Assembly: GCA_009923495.1 (NCBI GenBank)
Contig: RFTJ01000004.1
Span: 15,899 to 79,898, forward strand
Direction of reading: 5' to 3'
Source: Actinomycetota bacterium
GTDB lineage: Bacteria; Actinomycetota; Actinomycetes; S36-B12; UBA5976
Length of the DNA stretch: 64,000 nt
The notes under the pieces are model-generated. The model was not told where the DNA came from. It saw only the letters and a list, made by a program, of their open reading frames with translations, and did not search any database. Numbering within the stretch: position 1 is the stretch's first letter; every line of letters starts with the position of its first letter. This document shows positions 9,978-19,666 of the stretch, one piece after another. The position numbers and the translations under genes were made by a program.

Positions 9978-11531
9978 TTAACTAAATGGAAACCTATAAA
10001 TTGTGGATTTTTGGCGCAAATTGCGCTTTCCGACCGCCCAAAAGATTACACCAATTAGAACGAAGATTGCTAACGGAATCGAAACGGTTAGCATGTATTT
10101 CCATTTTTCGGCTTCTTCCCAGCCATCTGGAAGGTAATCACCACTGAACCAGCCAGCACCCAAGCCTGGCGCTAACAGCTGCACCGTTGCAAAAGAGACG
10201 ATCAAAGTCAGCCAAACGCTCAAGAATTTTGCGAATGGCGCCCGATAAACACGAGGTACATCTGGATGGGAAACTCGCAATTTCCAGAGTGCGGGGAATA
10301 TTGCGATGTAAGACATGAGGGTTGTAGAAACAGCGATGCCTAGGACCACAGTGAAATACTTTGCAGTATTACCTTCGCTAATTACGCGAGCTAGCACAAA
10401 GATGATGCTGGAAAGAATTCCAGACAACATATTTACCCGAACAGGTGTTCCATATTTTTCACTGAAAACTCCAAGCCAACGAGGCGCAGCGCCATCATAT
10501 CCTGACACCGCAAGGGCGCGATCTGAACCCATGAGCCACGCAACGCCAGAAGAAAGCACGCACAAGACCAATAAGACTGCCGCGAATCCGCCCATAACAG
10601 TTCCCCAGCCGGCTAAGGAGACAGTGCCATCTTCGGCTACCGTGCGGCCAAATACCGTGAAAGTTTCCTTAATGGCATCAATGAATCCTTCAAGACTGCT
10701 TGCTTTATCTGCCGGCAATACCAGAATGATTCCCAAAATTGGAATACCGTATAGCAGGATTGCGGCAATCGCGGAGCGGAAGACAGCGTAAGGAACGTCG
10801 CGTTGAGAATCCTTCATCTCGTCACCAGCGCTATTTGGATTTTCGAATCCAACATAGTTGAAAAGTATTAGGCCAGCTATTGCAACAAAGCATGGCCATG
10901 TGACTTTAAAGCTGCCAAGTGTTGGGCCATGAATTCCAAATTTAGACGCATACATAATTATGGTTAGCGAGAAAATGCCCAAGAGGATGAAGCGTGCAAA
11001 AGCTCCCAAAATCGGGACCCACTTACCGACCTTAAATGACAGAATTGATGCGAAGGTGCCGACCCAAATGAATGCAAAACCTAATAGGTAGAACCAGGTT
11101 GATGAAAGCGATGCTCCGCCTAAAAAGAAGGTCTCGATTGCTGTCAGAGCAACAACAGTCAAGGTGCCACCGAACCAAACCGGATTAGTTACCCAATAAA
11201 AGAAGTTATTTATCGAAGCTGTTAAGCGGCCAAATGCTAATCGAGCCCATAGGTACGGCCCACCTTCTTCTGGAAATGCAGTTCCTAGTTCAGCGAACAG
11301 TAGAGCACTGGGAATGAAAAAGGTTATGGCGAGAATGACTAACCAGGAAAATGCCTGAGGACCAAAGAAGGCAATTGAACCTAGGGTATCGACGCCGACC
11401 AGCGTGCAAATCGTAAAGAATAAAATTTCGCGCCTGCCAAAATGTTTTTGCAGATTGGCCTTTTCTTTTTGATACTCCTCGGTGAAGTCCAAGGATTCTG
11501 AACGATCTGATGATTGCGGTGTCATGGTCAT
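9978..11531 (-). CDS. APC family amino acid/polyamine permease
   Basis: AELGTAFPEEGGPYLW, YVGFE, multiple TM segments. Confidence 0.9.
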   Translation of the reverse strand: MTMTPQSSDRSESLDFTEEYQKEKANLQKHFGRREILFFTICTLVGVDTLGSIAFFGPQAFSWLVILAITFFIPSALLFAELGTAFPEEGGPYLWARLAFGRLTASINNFFYWVTNPVWFGGTLTVVALTAIETFFLGGASLSSTWFYLLGFAFIWVGTFASILSFKVGKWVPILGAFARFILLGIFSLTIIMYASKFGIHGPTLGSFKVTWPCFVAIAGLILFNYVGFENPNSAGDEMKDSQRDVPYAVFRSAIAAILLYGIPILGIILVLPADKASSLEGFIDAIKETFTVFGRTVAEDGTVSLAGWGTVMGGFAAVLLVLCVLSSGVAWLMGSDRALAVSGYDGAAPRWLGVFSEKYGTPVRVNMLSGILSSIIFVLARVISEGNTAKYFTVVLGIAVSTTLMSYIAIFPALWKLRVSHPDVPRVYRAPFAKFLSVWLTLIVSFATVQLLAPGLGAGWFSGDYLPDGWEEAEKWKYMLTVSIPLAIFVLIGVIFWAVGKRNLRQKSTIYRFPFS

Positions 11532-11748
11532 AGCAAAAATCTAGAGCACAACACCCTCATTTTGAGTGTTTACTCAATTGATTTTGCAAAATAAACCTAA
11601 GAATTTTCAAATCTAACTTGTATTTCACTAGCAAAATGTCAAATTCCTGAAAGATTACGACGACTTTCCGACTTCGGAAAGCAGAGGTCTACCGCCTCAA
11701 TCTCAAAGATTTTCTACCGTTTTGTCATTTTCCACATAATCTGTAGAT

Positions 11749-12315
11749 GTGACTGAAGAGCAAAAATTTAAAGTAGTCGACCGCATGCAGGGCTACGAGT
11801 TGCGTAGTTATCAGCCCTGTGTGGTTGCTGAAGTTGAGATATCGGCAAAATTCGAAACGGCTGCAAATGAAGCTTTTCGCTATCTAATCAATTACATTGG
11901 TGGCAAAAATGAAGCGAGAAATAAAATTGCCATGACGGCCCCGGTACTCCAAATACCTTCTCCTTCAGCCAGTTTCACTGAGGGTGAAGTTGATGATTTG
12001 AATTCACAAAGCCACTTAGTAAGTTTCGTTATGCCCAGTGAAATGCATCTAGGTAATACACCTGCGCCTGATGATTCCAGGATAAATATTCGGGAACTTC
12101 CGGAAGAGTTAGTTGCAGTCCTAAAGTTCTCTGGTCGTTGGTCTAAAGAACGCTACCTACATCAACTAGAGGTGCTCAAAGGCAAATTAGCAGCGGATGG
12201 CTTCCAAGAGGTTGACGATGCCAGATTCGCGCGCTTTGATCCACCGTGGACACCATGGTTCCTGCGCAGAAATGAGATTCAGATTCCGGTTAAGAAGATA
12301 GGCAGCAAGGATTAA
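11749..12315 (+). CDS. SOUL family heme-binding protein
   Basis: YELRSY, AFRYLINYIGG, KIAMTAPV, FDPPWTPWFLRRNEI motifs. Confidence 0.92.
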   Translation: MTEEQKFKVVDRMQGYELRSYQPCVVAEVEISAKFETAANEAFRYLINYIGGKNEARNKIAMTAPVLQIPSPSASFTEGEVDDLNSQSHLVSFVMPSEMHLGNTPAPDDSRINIRELPEELVAVLKFSGRWSKERYLHQLEVLKGKLAADGFQEVDDARFARFDPPWTPWFLRRNEIQIPVKKIGSKD

Positions 12316-12404
12316 TTGCTGGAAACCGAATATTCGGCGAAGTGACTGCGCCGAAATGTGCTAGGTACTAGTTTTTTCTAGAGATAAATCACAAGGAGAC
12401 AGCT

Positions 12405-12731
12405 ATGCGATTTCTTATTGCCGTGATTGACACTGCAAGCAACACGGGTTCTGGAGATGAGATTGCAGCCATCGATAAATTTAATGACAAGCTACGTGAA
12501 AATGGGCATTGGATTATCGCTTGTGGCATAAATGATCCCAGTACTGCAACTGTTATCGACAACCGAAACGGGTCCGGAATCCAAAATGCTGGTCCGCTTC
12601 TAGACTCAGAAGAATACATGAGTGGATTCTGGCTAATCAATGCGCAAGACCTTGATGAAGCAAGGCAGATAGCAGCTCAGGGGTCATTAGCTTGTAATCG
12701 AAAAGTTGAACTGCGACCACTTCTCGGTTAA
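12405..12731 (+). CDS. YciI/DGPF family protein
   Basis: GPLLDSEEYMSGFWLI...VELRP. Confidence 0.8.
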   Translation: MRFLIAVIDTASNTGSGDEIAAIDKFNDKLRENGHWIIACGINDPSTATVIDNRNGSGIQNAGPLLDSEEYMSGFWLINAQDLDEARQIAAQGSLACNRKVELRPLLG

Positions 12732-12766
12732 TTGAGAATTCTCAGAAAAAGTTTGAACAGGAAATC

Positions 12767-13219
12767 ATGGTTTCATTAATAGAAATGCCGTACCGGGAAT
12801 TCGAAATTTGGCGCCAGCGTATATGGGTTTTATACCGGGAAGAACTTATTAGATCAGGAAGTTCTGAGCTCGAAGCCGAAGAAAATGTTCAATTAAACAT
12901 TTCGCAAACTATGCCCGCTGGAAATTTACTGCCCGGCAACTATGTCTTCAATGTAATGAATGAAGGTCAACCTGTTGGTTCAGTCTGGCTAAACGATCAT
13001 GAATCCGAATGGTTTATTTATGACATTGAAATTGCGGAATCTGAGCGCGGAAAGGGGTTAGGCCGAGCAACGATGAAAGCTATCGAGAGTTTTGTTCGAG
13101 ATAACTCTGGAACTGCAATAAGTCTGTCGGTCTTTGGCTTTAATAAGGTGGCGTTAAGACTTTATGAAACTGAGGGCTACGAAGTCACTCGCCTGGCCAT
13201 GAAAAAGATACTGACATAG
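12767..13219 (+). CDS. GNAT family N-acetyltransferase
   Basis: RGKGLG acetyl-CoA motif; LSVFGFNKVALRLYE. Confidence 0.9.
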   Translation: MVSLIEMPYREFEIWRQRIWVLYREELIRSGSSELEAEENVQLNISQTMPAGNLLPGNYVFNVMNEGQPVGSVWLNDHESEWFIYDIEIAESERGKGLGRATMKAIESFVRDNSGTAISLSVFGFNKVALRLYETEGYEVTRLAMKKILT

Positions 13220-13298
13220 CTGGCTGTTATTAAAAGAAGGCCGTTATCAATCTTGCGAATGCTGCTTCTTGATCGACACGACACACTCGCGATTGGAA

Positions 13299-14546
13299 TC
13301 ATAGTTGCTTTTGTAGAGCAGCGAGCCTAGCCAAAATCGGTGGATGGGTGTAATTAACGGCAACATATAATGGGTGTGGGTTCAAGTTAGTTAACGACTC
13401 CACTGCAAGTTTCTTCAGAGCGCTATCCATAAATTCGCGAGACCCTGGATATGTTTCAATCGCATACTGGTCCGCTTCATATTCATTTCGCCTTGATAGC
13501 CAATTACCGAGTAGTTCAGACACAGTCGAAATCGGTGTGAACAACAAAAGAAAAGCGAGGAGCGCCAAATGAAAACTCGGTTGCTCGGCACCAAGTGCCT
13601 TGGACAAGTCTGAATTGCCCAGCAGCCAGCCCATTAGTGAAAAGATGATTAAGGTCTGCGCACTACTAAATGCAAACATGGAGTAGACATGCTTGCGCTT
13701 GTAATGTCCAACTTCGTGAGCCAGTACGGCGACAGTTTCTTGGACTGATAATTTTTCGATAAGTGTGTCAAAGAGTCCGATAATTTTCACTTTGCCCATG
13801 CCAGAAAAGAAAGCGTTGAGTTTCGTTGAACGCTTCGAGGCATCCATTTCATAGAGCTTTGACAGCGGAAATCCTTGTGTTTGACAATACTCTTCAACGG
13901 CCGATCTCAATTCTCCGTCTGGTAATGGTTTTAGTTTGTTAAACATTGGCAGGAATATTCTCGCTCCGAACACAAAGATGAAGAGTGACACAGCGGAAAA
14001 GAGTCCCCAAGCCACAAGCCAAAATTGATTTCGTAACGAATCATAAATCCAGGCCACTGCATAAAGTAATGGCAGGCCGAGAAGCAATGACAAAACTAGC
14101 TGTTTAATGCTGTCTGCAAAAAATAGACCCTTAGTTGATTTGTTGAATCCGAATTCCTCTTCAATTACGAAAGTTGAGTAGTAATTGATGGGCAATTTAA
14201 CTACTGCCATCAGTATTATCAGCAGACCAACAAAACTGACTGTGACTAGAAGTCCGCTATCAATTCGGGAGCGCAACTTTTCATCCAGGAGGGCAAACCA
14301 ACCAAGGGTTATCGCTAAGAGCGAGACTGCAGTACTAATCGTTTTTGTGAATAGTTCAAGACGGAAGCGGGCGCTGTCATAGGCCATTGACTTTGAATAT
14401 TCATCCGAATTGAAAATTTCCGCGCCTTGCGGACTAAGCGGTTGATTTTTTGAGCGTTCGTTGAGGAAATTAACTGCTGCCCAAAAGGCGTATTCCAGAA
14501 CCACAAAAGTTACGATTGCAACCAAAATTATGCTAGATGTGTGCAT
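13299..14546 (-). CDS. M48 family (Ste24-like) zinc metallopeptidase
   Basis: HEVGH zinc motif, SRRNEYEADQYA, YTHPP; probable leaderless start at ATG 14546 behind TATGCT. Confidence 0.92.
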   Translation of the reverse strand: MHTSSIILVAIVTFVVLEYAFWAAVNFLNERSKNQPLSPQGAEIFNSDEYSKSMAYDSARFRLELFTKTISTAVSLLAITLGWFALLDEKLRSRIDSGLLVTVSFVGLLIILMAVVKLPINYYSTFVIEEEFGFNKSTKGLFFADSIKQLVLSLLLGLPLLYAVAWIYDSLRNQFWLVAWGLFSAVSLFIFVFGARIFLPMFNKLKPLPDGELRSAVEEYCQTQGFPLSKLYEMDASKRSTKLNAFFSGMGKVKIIGLFDTLIEKLSVQETVAVLAHEVGHYKRKHVYSMFAFSSAQTLIIFSLMGWLLGNSDLSKALGAEQPSFHLALLAFLLLFTPISTVSELLGNWLSRRNEYEADQYAIETYPGSREFMDSALKKLAVESLTNLNPHPLYVAVNYTHPPILARLAALQKQL

Positions 14547-14638
14547 ACCAATTAGCATAGGGCAGGCCTCATTTGGTTAATGTGATGCGAAACTTAACTT
14601 TCTGCTCTAGAAAAAAGTTACGTGTTTGCGCAAGTGGA

Positions 14639-15613
14639 TTACTGGGCCACCTGGGCAATATCAATAAGTTCCCAATTTAATGGGGTATCTTTTGGACAAC
14701 TTCCATTGAGTTCGGCGATCTCATCATCGGAAAGTATCAGTTTTGTTCCTTCAATTGAATCAAGGATGGAACTTGATTTTGATGCGCCTGGAATTGGAAT
14801 AGAAGTTGGAAATTGCGCAAGATGCCAGGCGATTGCCAGCGCATACGCCGAGACCCCTTTTTGCTCTGCCATGGCAGCAAATGAGCCGATCTCGCCTGAA
14901 CCTAACCGCTTGAAATTGCCACCACCACCTAGTGGAGACCATGGTAGAAATGCTATTTCGTATTCGGTGCAAATGTCGATGACGTCGGCCCAGTGCCGAT
15001 AGTTCGGGCTGTATTCATTCTGCACCGAGATAACGCCACCCTCTTGTGGAGTTCCACCAGCCTTAATTGCATGCCGGAGCATTTGGGCGTTGACATTGCT
15101 AAGTCCGATTTCAGAAACATATCCATGCTCTTTAAGTGACATGACGTTGTCAAACTGTTCCTCAAAAGAAATCGCTGGATCAGTGCGGTGATGTTGCCAA
15201 AGGGCAATTTTTGAAAGGCCCATTCTTGATGCCGAGGCTTCGACCGCTCGATATAGGTAGTGCTTGGAAGAGTTCCTGCCTGAGTGTCCAAACATTGTGC
15301 CGTTTTCTTCACGCGTAATTCCAGCCTTAGTTGTAATAACTACCTTGGCTTTTTCATCTGGTGTTCCATTCCAGCTGCGCAATGCTTCGCCAACAAGAGT
15401 CTCATTGTGACCCATGGTGTTCCAAGTGGGAGCATAAATATCTGCCGTATCCAGCAACGTTATCCCTGCATCCAAAGCTGCATGGATGACGGCAATCGCT
15501 CGTTCTGGTTCATTAATTAAATTTGGGTCACGATCGTGCGGGAACGATAGTGGCATACATCCCATGCCAATTGCGGAAACTGTAAACGGTCCAAGCCTGC
15601 GTTGAGCAATCAT
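14639..15613 (-). CDS. Aldo/keto reductase
   Basis: IGMGCM, LDTADIY, IGLSN, SVQNEYS, PWSPLGGG, IPIPG. Confidence 0.92.
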   Translation of the reverse strand: MIAQRRLGPFTVSAIGMGCMPLSFPHDRDPNLINEPERAIAVIHAALDAGITLLDTADIYAPTWNTMGHNETLVGEALRSWNGTPDEKAKVVITTKAGITREENGTMFGHSGRNSSKHYLYRAVEASASRMGLSKIALWQHHRTDPAISFEEQFDNVMSLKEHGYVSEIGLSNVNAQMLRHAIKAGGTPQEGGVISVQNEYSPNYRHWADVIDICTEYEIAFLPWSPLGGGGNFKRLGSGEIGSFAAMAEQKGVSAYALAIAWHLAQFPTSIPIPGASKSSSILDSIEGTKLILSDDEIAELNGSCPKDTPLNWELIDIAQVAQ

Positions 15614-15685
15614 GTGGAAAGCCTACCCAGGTAAACAGCTAGGCAGCAGGGTGAGTAGTTATGGGATTTTGCACAGGTGGCCATG

Positions 15686-15758
<73 letters not shown>

Positions 15759-15815
15759 TTATTACAACAAGGACTTACTCTATCCGAAGGTTGGTAATCG
15801 GGAAAATCGCACTAA

Positions 15816-16145
15816 TTAGTGACTAGATGCGTCTTCAAGTGTTGAAAAGATAGTTATTACTGAGTCCAATCCAGTGATTTTAAATACTTTGAGGACCCGC
15901 TCATTGGAAGCAACGACATCGAATGTGGACTCCGCTTCAGCGGCACGCTTGAGGCCTTTAACGATTACACCTAAGCCGCTGGAATCCAAAAATGTGACAT
16001 CAGTTAGATCGACAGTAATCCGAGCAGTGGAATTACTGAGTGCTTGAATGATTGCCTCATCTAGGTCATCCGAATTCGACAAGTCGATTTCGCCTTCAAC
16101 AGACACCACTGTGTGGTCCTCATTACTTCTTACCGCTAGCAACAT
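15816..16145 (-). CDS. STAS-domain anti-sigma factor antagonist (BldG/RsbV-like)
   Basis: GEIDL, VTFLDSSGLGV phosphoacceptor motif; same position as Streptomyces bldG beside the tad cluster. Confidence 0.9.
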   Translation of the reverse strand: MLLAVRSNEDHTVVSVEGEIDLSNSDDLDEAIIQALSNSTARITVDLTDVTFLDSSGLGVIVKGLKRAAEAESTFDVVASNERVLKVFKITGLDSVITIFSTLEDASSH

Positions 16146-16170
16146 TTGGTTCTCCTAGACTTCCAATCTA

Positions 16171-16542
16171 TTACAACTCACCTTCCTTGCGCCAGAGGCC
16201 AGCGTTAGCACTAGCTGTTATCAATTTCGACGCAAATCCTAAAGGTCCGTAATGTAATGCGCTGCCTACTTTTACTTGGACACTGTTGGATAACACTGTG
16301 CAATCCATAAGCGTAGCGCCATTTAGTTCTGCCAACTGAGTTGCAGTATTACAAGGATTTGGATCGTCAGCGATTAACTGCCGAGCAGCTGAAAGTGCCA
16401 CAACATCTGCTACCTGGGTAACCCGCAAGAAATTTAGAGCTGCACTAGCCAGCCAAAACAATGGAAAGGACATCAAAATGGTGGCCATAGCGATATAAAT
16501 CGAAACTAAAGTGATAGAACCTCTATCTTCATTAATCGACAT
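16171..16542 (-). CDS. TadE-like pseudopilin (Rv3654c family)
   Basis: EDRGS prepilin-like site, ADVVALSAA, C-x9-GA-x4-C pattern; last gene of the tad cluster. Confidence 0.8.
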   Translation of the reverse strand: MSINEDRGSITLVSIYIAMATILMSFPLFWLASAALNFLRVTQVADVVALSAARQLIADDPNPCNTATQLAELNGATLMDCTVLSNSVQVKVGSALHYGPLGFASKLITASANAGLWRKEGEL

Positions 16543-16942
16543 TAGTTCCCCGAGAATCACCTTGTAAGTGTGGCTCTACATCGCTAACTGTTTCAGCAAC
16601 TAAGTGGATCGAAAATTTCTTGGGTAATACACCGAGCGCTCTATCGGTAGTCACTCTGACCGTTAAGTATTTTCCGTCTCGAAATTCTTCAACTCGCATT
16701 CCGCCATTATTTGCCTTAGCCAGTAGATCACTAACGAGCTCTCCTCGAGCTACATTTTTGGCAATGAGATAAGACATACTTTGGATCTGAATCTGTGTGC
16801 AGCAAAGGCTGAGAATTTGCAAAATAGTGACTGCAACAAGTATCAGACTGGGCAAGACTGCAGCAAATTCCGCAGTAGCAAAGCCGTGGTCAAGGGTGAA
16901 CCATGCTCGATGGTTCACCCTTGACGGCAAGCTCTTCATCAC
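16532..16942 (-). CDS. TadE family pseudopilin
   Basis: DHGFATAEFAAVLP prepilin motif, VARGE. Confidence 0.85.
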   Translation of the reverse strand: MMKSLPSRVNHRAWFTLDHGFATAEFAAVLPSLILVAVTILQILSLCCTQIQIQSMSYLIAKNVARGELVSDLLAKANNGGMRVEEFRDGKYLTVRVTTDRALGVLPKKFSIHLVAETVSDVEPHLQGDSRGTNVD

Positions 16943-17136
16943 TAACTAAACAAGCTGAAGATGAAAGCGAATGCCTGTTGGATCACTTTTGCCAAAATTT
17001 GCTCGATTCCGGAGCTGGTCAAAATCTTCAACAGGATGCCCCCGAAGCTCGCCGCTGCTACGGTTCCGATTGCATACTCGGCCGTAGTCATACCTAATTC
17101 AGATGTAATGTCGATTCGTCCGATTCTTTTCAACAT
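16942..17136 (-). CDS. Flp-type pilin (DUF4244)
   Basis: GMTTAEYAIGTVAAASF; ATG 17136 preceded by AGGAG. Confidence 0.92.
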   Translation of the reverse strand: MLKRIGRIDITSELGMTTAEYAIGTVAAASFGGILLKILTSSGIEQILAKVIQQAFAFIFSLFS

Positions 17137-17253
17137 AGCTGCTCCTATTTCTAATGGGTGTTGGTTTAGCAATTTTGAAACCTGCAGGTGTAATCGCAAA
17201 TGGATGAATGGATTTTGGGGATTGTTGACTGCTGTGGACTAATGGATTCCAAT

Positions 17254-17865
17254 TTAGGAAATCGCAGGTAGCAATTGCGAAGCTAAATTAAAGACAATCG
17301 GAACAACTGTTAAGAGAAAAAATGCTGGAAGGAAGCACGACCCTAACGGAAACACGCAATGGATAGGAAGGGACTTCACTTTCTGCAATGCAGCCCCGGC
17401 AAGCCGACTGCGCATTAATGCAAGCTCAATTTGTAATGACTCGAGAATTGGTGATCCATACAAATCTGCTCGAACTATAAGTCTTGCTATTTCAACAAAT
17501 TCGGGATGGGCTTTGCACTCGAAGTTCAGTGATTCGCTAAGACTTACCCCTAGGTTGCACCTTGCAATGATGTCATTGGCTAGCTTGGCCAAGGTGGCAT
17601 CACTATCTTCGCGAACTAAGTTCAAACATTCCATAGATGTTAGCCCGGCAGCTGAACCTAGTGCATATAGTTCTACGAAGTCACAAAGTTGCTCTATCGA
17701 AAGCCTCTTAACGCTTTCAGAATCAAAGCGACGAAGTCTTGGCACTAAGCGATCCAAAACGAAGTAGGCAGAGATTGCAAGTGCGAGATTTAGTGGAAAC
17801 CGAGCTAAAGTGATTAGCGGCACGCTCAACATTAGATTCTTCCAAATTGAACGATTGCTCATCAT
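17254..17865 (-). CDS. tadC: TadC-like type II secretion system F family protein
   Basis: PLGSCFLPAFFLLTVVP C-terminus; position in tad cluster. Confidence 0.8.
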   Translation of the reverse strand: MMSNRSIWKNLMLSVPLITLARFPLNLALAISAYFVLDRLVPRLRRFDSESVKRLSIEQLCDFVELYALGSAAGLTSMECLNLVREDSDATLAKLANDIIARCNLGVSLSESLNFECKAHPEFVEIARLIVRADLYGSPILESLQIELALMRSRLAGAALQKVKSLPIHCVFPLGSCFLPAFFLLTVVPIVFNLASQLLPAIS

Positions 17866-18515
17866 CTAGTTGCCCTGGCAATCAATTTCCTGATCCAGAA
17901 AATTCCAAGAAGTTCAAATGTAGCCGATAGCACCAGACAGACTCGACCTACCGGCTCTGAAATTATCCAAAAGGGAATATTTATTCCTAATATCAGGCCG
18001 AGAAACATTCCCAATAGCGGCAGTAATGCAAGTACTAGAACAGTTGCCTTCACGCCCGCTAGTTCGGACCTAATTAAGTTATTCCGCTCCTGGCGACTTA
18101 GAGCATTGGCAATCAACAAGTCTAAGGACTGGGCAATAGGAGATCCGACCTTTTGATTTAGTTCCAGTATCTTCACTAATCGAATTAGTTCTGGTGAACT
18201 CAGGCTATCCACATCGGTAGAAAATGACCTAAGCAGATGTGCTGAATTTGTAGTGGAGTTATTTACAGTTGGGAAAAGTGACGCTGGCATTACTGCGCAA
18301 GTTGAACTCACTGCTGTGCTCACTGGTAGCCCAGCAGTAACAAGCTGTCGAATGCTGCTCAAGACTGAGATCAGTTGGTTATCAGTAATCCGGGGTGTTG
18401 CATGTTGTAGTAATTTTGGAACCCGTAGCCTAGTTTGCTGTTTACTTAGCGGTGCGAACCACAGTCGCAATCCAAGTACAACGCAGATTAGAGGTAGTGC
18501 TAACTTCATCTGCAT
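17862..18515 (-). CDS. tadB: TadB-like type II secretion system F family protein
   Basis: ELAGVKATVLVLALLPLLG...G.VCL..G..WI motif. Confidence 0.8.
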   Translation of the reverse strand: MQMKLALPLICVVLGLRLWFAPLSKQQTRLRVPKLLQHATPRITDNQLISVLSSIRQLVTAGLPVSTAVSSTCAVMPASLFPTVNNSTTNSAHLLRSFSTDVDSLSSPELIRLVKILELNQKVGSPIAQSLDLLIANALSRQERNNLIRSELAGVKATVLVLALLPLLGMFLGLILGINIPFWIISEPVGRVCLVLSATFELLGIFWIRKLIARATR

Positions 18516-19666
18516 TTTTGCTCTAGTAGTTCATGAAATTTGATCTGTGTCTGTTCATCACAATGCATACCCAGCTGATCAACAGCTTGAGTAACACGAG
18601 TAATGCCCTCGAACTCTTCAATCAAATGAAAGCCTGCCACCTTTCTTGTTCCGTCTTTGATTTGCACTAGTTCGATAATCACTTTGATTGCTGTGGCAAA
18701 TAGGTTGTTCATGGCAACTACTGGGATTCCTGCAAGTAAGCCCAGACTTGCAACTCGTGCGGGCACATCATTGGCTGAGTTAGCGTGAATGGTAGTGCAT
18801 CCTCCTGTATGCCCGGTGTTAAGTGCCGTGACTAAATCAACAATTTCAGCGCCGCGCACCTCGCCTAGAATTACCCGATCGGGGCGCATTCTTAACGCCT
18901 GTCTAACCAGTGTTCGAAGTGTCACTTCTCCTGCACCTTCGGAGTTAGAATTCCGGGCTTGTAGGCCGACAGCATGAGGATGATCGACTTTAAGTTCATG
19001 GGTGTCTTCAATGATCAGGAGGCGTTCATCATGTGGCACCTCCGAAAGTAAGGCCGATAGCAAAGTAGTTTTTCCAGAACCCGTGCCGCCTGAAATGACA
19101 AATGGCAAGCCTGAGTAGACAATTTTTCTTAAAATCCCGAGCACTTGATCATCAAACATGTTCGCTAGTTGCAAATCTGTGAGGCTTAATGATATTTGCT
19201 GCGGTATTCGTAACGATAAGCAAGTGCCTACTGTACTTAATGGCGGTATAACCGCATGCAATCGAATTCCTGAAGGTAGGTGTGCATCAAGAAACGGTTG
19301 AACTTCGTCTAATCGACGGCTCGCTTGATTCGCTAGATGTCCAACGAAATCCCGTAACTCGCTTTCGGAGTTCCATGCGATGTTTGCTCTTCGGAGCCCG
19401 TGCCCATCGTCAAACCAAACATCTGAAAATCCATTAACCAAAATATCAGTTACGCCGGGTTGTTTACTCAGTCGATCAAGTGGGCCGAGACCATCTATGT
19501 GTGTTACTAGTTCATCAAAAACTTCAAGTTTCTCTGCATTACCTAAAAGTGGAAGCTCGGAACTAACTGCTGCTGCAATGGTTTGCGCAGAGAGCAAACT
19601 TTCCTGAAGCGCTAATCTCGCTCTGATTTGATTTACCTGTTCACGCCACTGCGCGGACATAATCAT
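18506..19666 (-). CDS. tadA: TadA/CpaF pilus assembly ATPase
   Basis: GGTGSGKTT, ALRMRPDRVILGEVRG, NTGH, TIHAN. Confidence 0.95.
   Translation of the reverse strand: MIMSAQWREQVNQIRARLALQESLLSAQTIAAAVSSELPLLGNAEKLEVFDELVTHIDGLGPLDRLSKQPGVTDILVNGFSDVWFDDGHGLRRANIAWNSESELRDFVGHLANQASRRLDEVQPFLDAHLPSGIRLHAVIPPLSTVGTCLSLRIPQQISLSLTDLQLANMFDDQVLGILRKIVYSGLPFVISGGTGSGKTTLLSALLSEVPHDERLLIIEDTHELKVDHPHAVGLQARNSNSEGAGEVTLRTLVRQALRMRPDRVILGEVRGAEIVDLVTALNTGHTGGCTTIHANSANDVPARVASLGLLAGIPVVAMNNLFATAIKVIIELVQIKDGTRKVAGFHLIEEFEGITRVTQAVDQLGMHCDEQTQIKFHELLEQKCR

Noticed and set aside
15667-15679. 13-mer TTTTGCACAGGTG shared with 52882-94 as a possible att-site pair
   Set aside because: It lies outside the tRNA, the interval contains oriC and essential genes, no integrase is present, and it is better explained as a DnaA-box-like sequence or chance
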